Assembly (NCBI RefSeq): GCF_036365525.1
Contig: NW_027140922.1
Span: forward strand, 62,001 to 126,000
Origin: Heterodontus francisci
Lineage: Eukaryota
Length of the DNA: 64,000 nucleotides
Direction: 5' to 3'
Made by a program: the position numbers and the translations under genes
The notes under the pieces: generated by a model
Database searches by the model: none
What the model was told of the DNA's origin: nothing
The model's input: only the letters and a program-made list of their open reading frames with translations
Shown: one piece after another, positions 12,278 to 23,138 of the stretch
Layout of the letters: every line of letters begins with the position of its first letter
Numbering within the stretch: position 1 is the stretch's first letter

Positions 12278-12316
12278 CACAGTGACTCAGAGAGATGGAG
12301 CAGTTCAACAAAAAGC
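12278..12316 (+). other. 23-RSS of V-5
   Basis: CACAGTG + 23 bp + ACAAAAAGC. Confidence 0.93.
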
Positions 12317-13191
12317 CCAAAGGCAGCAGGAAACACCTGTTTCAGATAAAACCAGGCGGTGCTGCGTCCTGTTGGGTGATTTCATCATTGGGAACATGTT
12401 CTTCACAAGAAGACAGTGCAGATTTAAAGAGAAAGTGAGAGGTTAGATTTCGAAGCACCGGGGAATTGCGAATTCGACTTTACAGGAACACAGAGTTTAA
12501 AGCGAACATGATAGTTTGAATATCGGGTTATCTTTGCTCCAGAAAAGAGAAGACTGAAGGGTAAACCTTCAGCGGTCTCAGAGAGCTTCTTAAAGATTTT
12601 AAGATGTGAAGTGAAGTTCAGAAACAACAGCGAGAGAGACAGAGATTGAAAGAGCGATCGAGAGAGAGATACAGAGAGAGATAANNNNNNNNNNNNNNNN
12701 NNNNNNNNNNNNNNNNNNNNNNNNNNNNNNNNNNNNNNNNNNNNNNNNNNNNNNNNNNNNNNNNNNNNNNNNNNNNNNNNNNNNNNNNNNNNNNNNNNNN
12801 NNNNNNNNNNNNNNNNNNNNNNNNNNNNNNNNNNNNNNNNNNNNNNNNNNNNACATAAATAGATAGAGAGGCATTGAGAGATAGATAGAGAGAGAGAGAT
12901 AAAGAGAGAGAAAGAGAGACGGATAGAGAGAGAGAGAGAAATAAATAGAGATGGATAGATATATAGATAGAGAGAGACATAGAGAGATTGATAGATAGAG
13001 AGATAGATAGAGAGAGAGGGAGAAAGAGAGACACGGATAGAGAGAGGGAGAGAGAGACAGAGACAGAGAGAGAGAGATAAAGAGAGGTAGAGAGAGAGAT
13101 AGAGAGAGGGAGAAAGATAGAGAGAGATGGATGGATTGATGAATGGATATTGAAGGTGTGGTTTGATGTCACTGTGTTTTCTTTCTCCAAA

Positions 13192-13210
13192 GGGACAGTA
13201 GAGTGCGCTG
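13192..13210 (+). promoter_or_regulatory. CTCF-like element downstream of V-5
   Basis: GGGACAGTAGAGTGCGCTG in the same conserved block (ttctccaaaggg..). Confidence 0.45.
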
Positions 13211-14599
13211 TTGTACCATTATAAACATCAGAGTCTGGAAGACACTTCAACAGTGACCTGGGAACACAAGGAGTTCATTCATCACCTCGAAAACATTCCG
13301 ACCTTCACTGAGATCATGAAATAAAGACAAGAAATCCTGGAACCACTCAGCGGGTCTGGCAGCATCTGTGGAAAGAGAAGCAGAGTTAACGTTTCGGGTC
13401 AGTGACCCTTCTTTCGGGTCAGTAATCCTTTATTTCACTGAGATCATGACTGATCGATAACTTCCCATCGCTCTCTCTCTCCAACCCTCTCTCTCCCTCT
13501 CTCCATGCCTCTCTTTCTCCATCCCTCTCTCTCCCTCTCTCTCTATCCCTCTCGCTCCCACTCTCCATCCTCTCTCTTCCTGTCTCCATCCCTCTCTCTC
13601 CCTCTCCCTCTCCATCCTTCTCTCACCCTCTCTCCATCCCTCTCTCTCCATCCCTCTCCATCCCTCTCTCTCCTGCACTCTCCATCCCCCTCTTTGCTCC
13701 TCTCCATCCCTCTCTCTTCCTATCTCCATTCCTCTCTCTCCTTCTCTCCCCATCCATCTCTGCCTCTCTCTCCATCACTCTCTCTCCCTCTCTCTTCAAC
13801 CCTCTCTTTCACTCTCGCTACCAAGCTGGTGTAAAATGAGAGAATGCCAATTAACATCCCTGTCTTTTACAGGGCAATGACTGTCTCTCTATCTCGCTCG
13901 TTATTTTTCTACCTACATGACTTTCCCTCGATCTCCCTATATCTCTACCTCTCTCTATAGCTGTCTGTCAACCTGACTGACTCTCTATCTATCTATCTCT
14001 CTACCTGATTATCTAGCTCTCTGTCTCTGTATGTATCAAACTCTATCTTTAGGTGATTACAGTTTGTATGAACTTATTAAACATGTTGCAGTAATGTAAT
14101 AAATGACCGTCTTTTCATAGATTTTCTATATATTGACCAGTAGAAGATGTGGTTTGTCATCAATTATCTATCAAAAACCTCTATGATCTTCAATATCTGT
14201 ATCACATCTACCATTAACCTTCGCTGCTCTAAGGAGAGAAACCCCCAGCTTCTCCAGTCTCTCCACAGTAACTGAAGTCCCTCATCCCTGGTAACAGATG
14301 GTTAATCTCTTTCTAACCTTCACTACACAGAGGCGAACAACTCCCCAATTCACAGGAACTAACTCAGCTCAGAACCATTAACCATCTGAGCGCTGTTTCA
14401 CACTGTTCAAAGGTGAGACCCCTCTCCAGATACCTTCATCTCTGGGACACCTGCCTCCTGACAGCGAGTTCATAAGCTGCTGAAACCTGTTTAGCCACTT
14501 TCATCTTAGACTCGAGTCACATTTGATGTGTTTTTCAAAGAAATTAGCAGATCAGACCAGTGAACAATTTAACCCTTTAACTCCCATTCACCACGGAGG

Positions 14600-14960
14600 T
14601 TCGGCAGCAGAGCAGTTATGTTACTGGACTCGTAATCCAGAGGCATGGACTAATGATCTCCAGACTTGAGTTCAATTCCCACTGGGGCAGAAATGCAATT
14701 TAAATTCAATTAATTAAATAAATAAAAATCTATCAGAGACACTATGAGTAATCATGAACATGGAGTGTCGGAAAAACCCAACGTCTTCATTGATTACCTT
14801 CAGGGAAGGAAATCTGCCATTCATACCCGGTCTGGCCTATATCTGATTGCAGACCCACAGCAATGTAGTTGACTACTAACTGCCCTCTGATATGGCCTAG
14901 CAGGTATTCCCGAAGATGGTTCACGACCACCTTCTCAGAGGCAATAAGGGATGGGCACAC
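14600..14960 (+). mobile_element. tRNA-derived SINE-like element with LINE-derived tail; duplicate ~16850-17205
   Basis: B-box-like gagttcaattccc; tail accaccttctcagaggcaataagggatggg matches the 3' end of the LINE at 19128-19700. Confidence 0.55.
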
Positions 14961-15079
14961 TCTCTGGGTATAGAGGGTTGTTTCCCTGAATTCTACTCTA
15001 TCAAAGCGCTTTCTGACATGTGAACATCTCCATTCAATCTCCCCCTATCCTCCTGTGTTGTATCATTCTACAACATTGC

Positions 15080-15160
15080 TAACCAATGTAATGGGGTGGA
15101 GCAGAGTGTCGCAGTAAGTGACTGCCACTCACAATGACAACCGGATGCTGTGTATTTATT
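15080..15160 (+). promoter_or_regulatory. Family-2 V promoter (GGGGTGG box, ETS ACCGGATG, TATA-like); duplicate ~17335-17410
   Basis: Motifs conserved ~90-160 bp upstream of both family-2 ATGs. Confidence 0.55.
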
Positions 15161-15245
15161 TGGATACAATATAGAAGCCGCCTGCAAGTGTGTTGTTGAA
15201 AACTCCACACGTTCACACATCGAGTTAGTATCGAATGAAGAAATC

Positions 15246-16080
15246 ATGTTGCATGAAGTTCTCAGTCTAATCTTGATGGCTGCACTCTTCCCACGTAAGT
15301 CAAAGTCAGAAACTGTGTCGAATAATGTATTGTAAAGTCAGCGGTGAATCTGTTCCATAACACTGCTGTGTCAGAGTCTCACTCCAGAACACTTGAGCTC
15401 AAAGTCAAAACTAACACCCCAGGTGTCAGGGCTGAGGGAGTGCTGGACTGTCGCAGGGGCAGTACTGCGGGTGTGCTGCACTGTCGTAGAGGCAGTACTG
15501 AGGGTGTGCTGCACTGTCGCAGAGGCAGTACTGAGGGAGTGCAGCACTGTCACAGAGGCAGTACTGAGGGAGTGCTGCACTGTTGCGGAGGCAGTACTGA
15601 GGGAGTGCCGCACTGTCGCAGAGGCAGTACTGAGGGAGTAACTACATTGGTTGCAAAGCCCTTTCTGATGTCCTGAGGTCCTGAACGGCGATATATTAAT
15701 GTAAGCCCTCTCTTTCTTGTAATGCAGCCCCTGCTCCAATCCATTATTGACTGAAATAATAATCTAATCGATGTTCCGTCCCACAGGAATACTCTCCTCC
15801 TATGTGGAACAGTCACCCTCCATCCTATCGATTTCCGCAGGAGAGTCGACAACACTCAGATGCACGCTGAAGAATACTGCCTATCTTACAATGTACTGGT
15901 ACAGACAACAACCAGACAGGGCACTGGAAGCTCTGTTCTATTCTGCTGGAACACGGTCTGTCACCAATTACACATCCGAGTCATTTAAGGCAGACAGAGC
16001 CAGCAATACACTGTTTACTTTGGCACTGAGAGACGCCGCTCCGTCTCACACCGCTGTCTATTTCTGCGCTTGTAGTATCA
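15246..16080 (+). CDS. TRBV: V-6: TRBV family 2 (leader 15246-15294, V exon 15787-16080), potentially functional
   Basis: Leader MLHEVLSLILMAALFP, GTAAGT donor, AG 15785-15786; SYVEQSP..RCTL..MYWYRQ..YFCACSI. Confidence 0.9.
15430..15640 (+). repeat. 33-bp intronic minisatellite (~6 copies), probably SINE-derived; duplicate ~17678-17885
   Basis: Unit cactgtcgcagaggcagtactgagggagtgctg. Confidence 0.9.
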
Positions 16081-16119
16081 CACAGTGTTTGAGAAAGCGG
16101 ATCCGCAGCTGCAAAAACC
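16081..16119 (+). other. 23-RSS of V-6
   Basis: CACAGTG + 23 bp + GCAAAAACC. Confidence 0.93.
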
Positions 16120-16138
16120 TGCAGCGGATGAACGGGAG

Positions 16139-16172
16139 TTCAGTGCTCATCTTCAACTGGCAGGGGTCAGCA
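16139..16172 (+). promoter_or_regulatory. Single RSS-proximal CTCF-like element of V-6
   Basis: ttcagtgctcatcttcaaCTGGCAGGGGTCAGCA; core begins 37 bp after the nonamer; monomer of the V-7 array. Confidence 0.55.
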
Positions 16173-17493
16173 GTAGATTGACGCTTATTGTTCATATCTA
16201 TCTGTCCACCTGATTGTTTATCTCTCTGTCTCTCTATCTATCTATCTCTCTACCTGGTTATCTATCTCTCTGTCTCTCTATCTATCTAACTCTATCTTTA
16301 GGTAATTACAGTTTGTATGAACTTATTAAACATACTGCAGTAATGTAATGAATGACCATCTTTTCATAGATTTTCTATATATTGACCAGTAGAAGATGTG
16401 GTTTGTCATCAATTATCTATCAAAATCCTCTATGATCTTCAATATCTGTATCACATCTACCATTAACCTTCTCTGCTCTAAGGGCAGAAACCCCCAGCTT
16501 CTCCAGTCTCTCCACAGTAACTGAAGTCCCTCATCCCTGATACCAGTCTGGTTAATCTCCCTCTAAACTTCACAAAACAGAGGCGAACAACTCCCCAATG
16601 CACAGGAACTAACTCAGCACAGAACCATTAACAATCTGAGCGCTGTTTGACACTGTTCAAAGTGAGACCCCTCTCCAGATAACTTCATCTCTGGGACACC
16701 TGCCTCCTGACAGCGAGTTCAGAAGCTGCTGAAAACTCTTTACCCACTTTCATCTTAGACTCGAGTCACATTTGATGTGTTCTTCAAAGAAACTCGCAGT
16801 TCAGACCAGTGAACAATTTAACCCTTTAACCGCCATTCAGCAAGGAGGTACGGTAGCAGAGCAGTTATGTTACTGGACTAGTAATCCAGAGGCCTGGACT
16901 AATGATCCCCAGACTTGAGTTCAATTCTCACCAGGGCAGAAATTGAATTTAAATTTAATTAAGTAAATAAATAAAATCTGTAATGGAAAGTAAGAGCAAT
17001 TCTGAACATGGAGTGTCGTAAAAACCTAACGTATTCATTGATGACCTTCAGGGAAGGAAATCTGCCATTCTTACCCGGTCTGGCCTATATGTGACTGCAG
17101 ACCCACAGCAATGTGGTTGACTGTTAACTGCCCTCTGATATGGCCCAGCAGGCATTCCCGAAGATAGTTCACCATCAGCTTCTCAGGGGCAATAAGGGAT
17201 GGGCACACTCTCTGGGTATAGAGGGTTGCTTCCCTGAATTCTACTCTATCAAATCCCTTTCTGAAATGTGAACACCTCTATTCAATCTCCCCCTATCCTC
17301 CTGTGTTGTATCATTCTACAACATTGCTATGCAAAGTAGTGGGGTGGAGCAGAGTGTCGCAGTAAGTGACTGCCAATCACAATGACAACCGGATGCTGGG
17401 TATTTAATTGAACACAATATAGAAACCGCCTGCAAGAGTGTTGTTGAAAACTCCACACGTTCACACATCGAGTTAGTATCGAATGAAGAAATC

Positions 17494-18327
17494 ATGTTGC
17501 ATGAAGTTCTCTGTCTAATCTTGATGCCTGCCCTGTTCCCACGTAAGTCAAAGTCAGAAACAGTGTCGAATAATGTTTTGTAATGTCAGCGGTGATTCTG
17601 TCCGGAACACTCCTGTGTCAGAGTCTCACTCCAGAGCACTTCAGCTCAAAGTCAAGGCTGACAAACCACATGTCAGGACTGAGGGAGTGCTGCACTGTCG
17701 CAGAGGCAGTACTGAGGGAGTGCTGCACTGTCACAGAGGCAGTACTGAGGGAGTGCTGCACTGTCGCAGAGGCAGTACTGAGTGAGTTCTGCACTGTCGC
17801 AGAGGCAGTACTGAGGGACTGCTGCACTGTCGCAGAGGCAGTACTGAGGGAGTGCTGCACTGTCGAATAGGCAGTACTGACGGAGTAACTGCATTTGTTG
17901 CAAAGCACTTTCTGATGTCCGGAGGTCCTGAACGGCGCTATATTAATGTAAGCCCTTTCTTTCTTGCAATGCAGCTCCTGCTCCAATCCATTATTGACTG
18001 AAATAATAATCTAATCGATGTTCCATTCCACAGGAGTAGTCTCCTCCTATATGGAACAGTCACCCTCTATCCTATCGATTGCAGCAGGAGAGTCGACAAC
18101 ACTCAGATGCACGCTGACCAATACTGACTATTCATATATGTACTTGTACAGACAACATCCAGACAGGGCACTGGAAGCTCTGTTCTATTCTGCTACAGAA
18201 GGGTCTGTTACCAATTACACGTCCGAGTCATTTAAGGCAGTCAGAGCCAGCGATACACTGTTTACTTTGGCACTGAGAGACGCCGCTCCATCTCACACCG
18301 CTGTCTATTTCTGCGCTTGTAGTATCG
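17494..18327 (+). CDS. TRBV: V-7: TRBV family 2 (leader 17494-17542, V exon 18034-18327); open frame but Trp41->Leu (ORF-class)
   Basis: MYLYRQ (TTG at 18144-18146) instead of MYWYRQ; ends YFCACSI. Confidence 0.88.
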
Positions 18328-18366
18328 CACAGTGCTTGAGAAAGCGGATCCGCAGCTGCAAAAACC
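18328..18366 (+). other. 23-RSS of V-7
   Basis: CACAGTG + 23 bp + GCAAAAACC. Confidence 0.93.
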
Positions 18367-18385
18367 TGTAGTGGATGAACGGGAG

Positions 18386-18745
18386 TTCAGTGCTCACCTT
18401 CCACTGGCAGGGGGCAGCAGTGGATTGAATCTCGGTGCTCATCTTCCCCCGGCAGGGGGCAGCAGTAGATTAAATCTCAGTGCTCATCATCCACCGGCAG
18501 GGGTCAGCAGTAGATTGAATCTCAGTGCTCATCTTCCACCAGCAGGGGGCAGCAGTGGATTGAATCTCAGTGCTCATCATCCACCGGCAGGGGGCAGCAG
18601 TGGATTGAATCTCTGTGCTCATCTTCCACCGACAGGGGGCGGCAGTACATTGAATCTCAGTGCTCATCTTCCACCGACAGGGGGCGGCAGTACATTGAAT
18701 CTCAGTGCTTATCTTCGACCGACAGGGGGCAGCAGTAGACTGACT
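18386..18745 (+). repeat. 45-bp minisatellite x8, each unit carrying a CTCF-like motif
   Basis: Cores at 18404, 18449, 18494, 18539 (CCAGCAGGGGGCAGCA), 18584, 18629, 18674, 18719. Confidence 0.9.
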
Positions 18746-19127
18746 GCTCAATTTCTGCAACCAGGTCATGGAATCATCTTGGTTAACAGCAGAGAAGGAG
18801 ACCATTCGGCCCATCTTCCCCGTACTGGCTTATTTGAAAGAACTGTCCAGTTATTGCTCTTCCCCCCACCCCCCCCCCCCACTACTTCCCCATAGCCCTG
18901 CACATTGTTTCCATTCACGTGTACAATCCATTGCCTTTTGAACGTTCTTGTTCAAACTGCTTCCAACACCCTTTCAGACAGTGCTCGCCACATCATAACA
19001 ACTCGCTGCTTAAATAAATCATCACTTCTCCCCCCCTCTCCCCATTAATTCATCTGCCAGTTATATTTAATCAATGTCTCTGGGTTGCCTTCTGCCTATA
19101 GAAACAGTTTCTGTCATTTACATATTT

Positions 19128-19700
19128 TTAAAAATTCTTTGATGGGATGTGTGCATCGCTGACCGGGCCAGCATCTGCTATCCATCCTAAATTGCCCTTG
19201 AGAAGGTGGTGGTGAGCTGCCTTCTTGAACCACTGCAGTCCATGTCGGGTAGTTACAACCACAGTCCCGTAAGGAAGGGAGTTCCAGGATTTTGACCCAG
19301 CGACAGTGAAGGAACGGCGATATAGTTCCAAGTCAGGATGGTGTGTGACTTGAAGGGGAACTTGCAGGTGGTGGTGTTCCCATGCATCTGCTGTCCTTGT
19401 CCTTCTAGGTGGCAGAGGTCGCGGGTTTGGAAGGTGTTGTCGAAGGAGCCTTTGGGAGTTGCTGCAGTGCATTTTGTATATAGTCCACAGTGCTACCACA
19501 GTGCGTTTGTGGTGGAGGAAGTGAATGTTTGTGGATAGGGTGCCAATCAAGCGGGCTGTTTTGTCCTGGATGGTGTCGAGCTTCTTGAGTGTTGTTGGAG
19601 CTGCACTCATCCCGGTAAGTGGAGAGTATTCCATCACACTTCTGACTTGTGCCTTGGAGATGGTGGAAAATCTTTGTAGAATCAGGAGATGAGGTACTCA
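19128..19700 (-). mobile_element. Non-LTR retrotransposon (CR1/L2 superclade) 3' fragment
   Basis: ORF MEYSPL..TTLKKLDTIQDKTARLIG..RRSFTVAGSKSWNSLP..FKKAAHHHLL. Confidence 0.8.
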
Positions 19701-19800
19701 AGACTCAACGTGCTATCTGAGTGGGTAAAACTCTCCTCTCTGAGTTAGGAGGTGCCACTCCACAGACTGGAGCCAATAAAAAGGCTGACACTTCAGTGCC

Positions 19801-19995
19801 TGGAACGCGTTGCCAGCGGAGGTGGTAGATGTGAACACGATAGCGTCTTTTAAGATGTATCTAGACAGATACATGAATGGGCAGGAAGCAAAGAGATACA
19901 GACCCTTAGAAAATAGGCGACATGTTTAGGTAGAGGATCTGGATCGGCGCAGGCTTGGAGGGCCGAAGGGCCTGTTCCTGTGCTGTAATTTTCTT
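19801..19995 (+). mobile_element. CR1 LINE 3' end
   Basis: WNALPAEVV..FKMYLDRYM-type coding remnant followed by ggccgaagggcctgttcctgtgctgt tail. Confidence 0.75.
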
Positions 19996-21044
19996 TTTTC
20001 TTTGTTCTTTCTTTGCCAACAAACTGCAGGTAAGTCAAAACAAATCCACCGACCAAAAATTTCGGACTGAAATGCATGTTTCATACTATTTTTTCTGATT
20101 AAGCAGAATTAACGCACACAATTTTGAATGCAACACAAACGCAATAAATTGATGCTAAACCCTTTAGTAAAAGCCTGGTTTGGCCTCAACTGGTGTAGCG
20201 TGTCCACTTCTTTACATGACATTGCCGGGAGGATGGAGAGGGTGCAAAGGAGATTTAGAAGGAGGTGACCGGGCATGAGGGGTTTCAGCTATGTGGAGAT
20301 GTGGGAGAAGCTGTTCATTGGAAAAGATAAGGTTACCAAAAGTCCCAGAGCCCAATCCAGAAGGTTAGGGGTGCGATGATGGACCACACCACTGCTCATT
20401 CAATCCAAAAAACATTGAAATGTTTCCCATTTCATCCATGATCTTCCCACTTCATGTAAAATGCATCTATGGAATAGTTAAGTTGTCACCCCCACTCTTG
20501 GTCTAACCTTTAACACTTCCATTGTTACCGAGTCCTGATGGATATTTAAGAAAGATAGTGAACATTTACTCTTGTAACATCTCAGCTTTTCTGAAATGAC
20601 CCTCCCAGCAATGCACACATCCCATCACTGAATACATTCAGATACAATTGGAAGTGAACAAGCTTGATAATGATGGTGGAGTGAGCATCTTTTCATGGTT
20701 ATGAGGCTGCTGAGGGTGAGGCTGACACAGAAAATGGCGGTCGGGAGGAGGGTGGTAATGTGTCCTCAGATGGTAATGATGAGTGTGAGGATGGTGTCAG
20801 GATGAATGTGGTTATGATCAGGGGAGTACTGAAGGTATTGATGATACCAACACACCCGCCCATTTAATCACCTCTCCACCACAGAAGATAGTTTACATCA
20901 CATTTACTCCCTTCCTTTCTGCAACTTTCAAAGACATGAAACAGAACTGCAGGCCCAGAAACCGATGAGCTGGGGCTCAAACATTGGTCCCTCCCCAGAA
21001 ATGACGAGTCCTCGGGGAGCCCATGAACAAAGAAAGAAAGCTTG

Positions 21045-21165
21045 GCTCCGCCTAGGAAAATGTTGAAGATGATGGAGACGGAAGCTGTAAATTCCAGTCA
21101 GTTCCCAGAACTTTGAGATACTCTACAATAAAAGTGCTCAGTCATTTCATTTAAAACCACACGGA
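21045..21165 (+). promoter_or_regulatory. Family-3 V promoter (GGAAG ETS core, TTTAAAA, RUNX AACCACA; GAS TTCCCAGAA only in this copy)
   Basis: AACCACA 21155-21161 and GGAAGCTGT conserved upstream of V-8/9/10; TTCCCAGAA 21102-21110. Confidence 0.55.
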
Positions 21166-21182
21166 TCCTTCACCCTCCAGAG

Positions 21183-21366
21183 ATGGCTGTGTCTCAGCTC
21201 TGGGTTGTGTTGTTGGTGTTAACGGGTAAGGAGGTGTCTGAACTGTGAGGTTACAATGATGTAGATGTGTCTCGGATTCTCAGTCTCTGTCTGTCTTTGT
21301 CTCTTTCCTTCTCCAACTGTATTTCTTTCTCTGTTGATAACGATATAGACATTGTCCCTGGGTTAA

Positions 21367-21397
<31 letters not shown>

Positions 21398-21705
21398 GTT
21401 TTGCAGATGTGGGGGCCGTGTTGATCCAACAGACTCCCGCTTCCATATCCCATTCCCCAGGCTCTCCAGTCAGGATCGAGTGTATTTACACTGAAGCAAC
21501 AGCTAGCTCTGTTTTCTACTGGTACCAATGGCATCTGGACCGTGAGCCCGAGAACCTTTTCTATTCCTATGCTGCTAGAACGGTCAACCCCTCCGGAGAG
21601 GTGGACGGTTTCACCGCCAGGAGACCCGACAACACCCATTTTTACCTGGAGTCCTCCAGCCTGTGGGAGAATCAATCAGCCGTGTATTACTGTGCCTGTA
21701 GTCTG
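21183..21705 (+). CDS. TRBV: V-8: TRBV family 3 (leader 21183-21225, V exon 21407-21705), potentially functional
   Basis: Leader MAVSQLWVVLLVLT, GT 21226, AG 21405-21406; VLIQQTP..IECIY..FYWYQW..YYCACSL. Confidence 0.9.
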
Positions 21706-21744
21706 CACAGTGACTCAGAAAGGCGCCGGACTTCAGCAAAAACT
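21706..21744 (+). other. 23-RSS of V-8
   Basis: CACAGTG + 23 bp + GCAAAAACT. Confidence 0.92.
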
Positions 21745-23106
21745 CTAAACATTGACAGAGCTCACTTATGGGAGATAGACCTGTCTATCTGGGGTGTCAT
21801 TCTATCACTCTGACTATCTGTCAGTTTCTATGTCTACTGTTGAATGAACTGGCTCTTTGACAGAGTTGTCTAACTAGTTCCCATTCACTGACTAGTTCTC
21901 CATTGCACTAATAAATCTTCCCTTCATCTACTTCTCCAATTGACATCTGGAAGTTACTATTGGATGGTCTTCCACCGTCCTTTCAGTCAGTGCCCTCAAC
22001 ATGATAACAATTCACTGAGGAGAAAGATTCCACTCATATCCCACTCTGGTTCCTTTCCCAATTACCTTCAATTCTTGGTTCCTGGTTTATCGACCCTCCT
22101 GACTGTCGATACCACCCTCTGGATACAGTTTCTCTATCAAGACACTTCTGACCACGTCTTTCAAATCTCCGCTTACCCTCATTACTCTAATGGACACAAG
22201 TCCATACAAATAGGAAATGGTTGATCTTGGAACCTTTAATCATGTCTCTGATGATTCATACAGTGCAAAGGCGAGACACCTCTCCAGATCCGTCTCTGAC
22301 TGGAACACCTGCCTCCAGACGGCGGCTTCAGCATCTGTTCAAAACTGTTAATCCACTTGTCTCTCAGTCTGTCGGTGTCTTTTGAAGAATTTTGACAATG
22401 ACTGCAGTTCAGTGTGGTGAAGAACTTAACCCTATAACTCCCGTTTAGCAGAAGGGGGGAAATGAAACTGTCTTGGCCCTGAAACAAGGCAGCAGGTTGA
22501 CGGGTCTTATTGGATCATAGAATCATGAGGGACAAATCCAGGCCATTCAGCCCATCGATCCTGGCCTAGCTGTTTGAAAGAGCGACCTGCTCCCATCTCT
22601 CTTCAACTTGCCCTATCAACAGATTCTTCTATTCCTTTCTCACTCATGTATTTATTCAGCTCCCCTTTAACTGCATCGTCTCTATTCGACCTCAACCCAT
22701 TCCATTTGGTCTGTAATTCCACATTCTCACCGCTCCCTGGGTTAAAGAACCTCCTCCTGAATTCCCAATTGGATTTATTAAGGACTATCTTACAATTATG
22801 ATCCCTGGTATTCACTTCCCTGTCCAATTACTCCCACTCCCTGTTCTTTCTGATTAACCCTGCACTTGATCTTGCAGCTTGTCTGTCTCCTTCCCTGCAT
22901 TACAACAGTGACTGCACTTCAAAATGTATTTGACTGGTTGAGGCTGGAGTGAAGCAGAGAGCTGTCGGGCCGAAATGCGCCGATCTGTGCATTAACTTCC
23001 ATCTAGTTCTGTGCCACAAGCGCCAACACGAGTCGAGTAGGAGAATATAACTGATGACAGAAACAGGTTCAGCTTCTGACACTGAAAGGCCTGCAGAATC
23101 AGTGCT

Positions 23107-23138
23107 TGCAGTTGCATTGGAGCCACTAGGTGCCAGTG
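23107..23138 (+). promoter_or_regulatory. CTCF-like element downstream of V-8
   Basis: TGCAGT upstream module + CCACTAGGTGCCAGTG (23123-23138). Confidence 0.55.

Larger units (their letters stand above)
13960..18400 (+). repeat. Tandem duplication of the family-2 unit (~2.25 kb x2; ~13960-16180 and ~16200-18400)
   Basis: Near-identical upstream, SINE, promoter, intron and V sequences. Confidence 0.9.

Noticed and set aside
18332-18895. 187-aa repetitive ORF (LNLSAHLPPAGGSS)n
   Set aside because: Translation of the 45-bp (multiple of 3) minisatellite overlapping the RSS; no splice or promoter support
21940-22224. 94-aa ORF preserved in all three family-3 units
   Set aside because: Non-ATG start; overlaps decayed LINE-like sequence; preservation is explained by recent duplication
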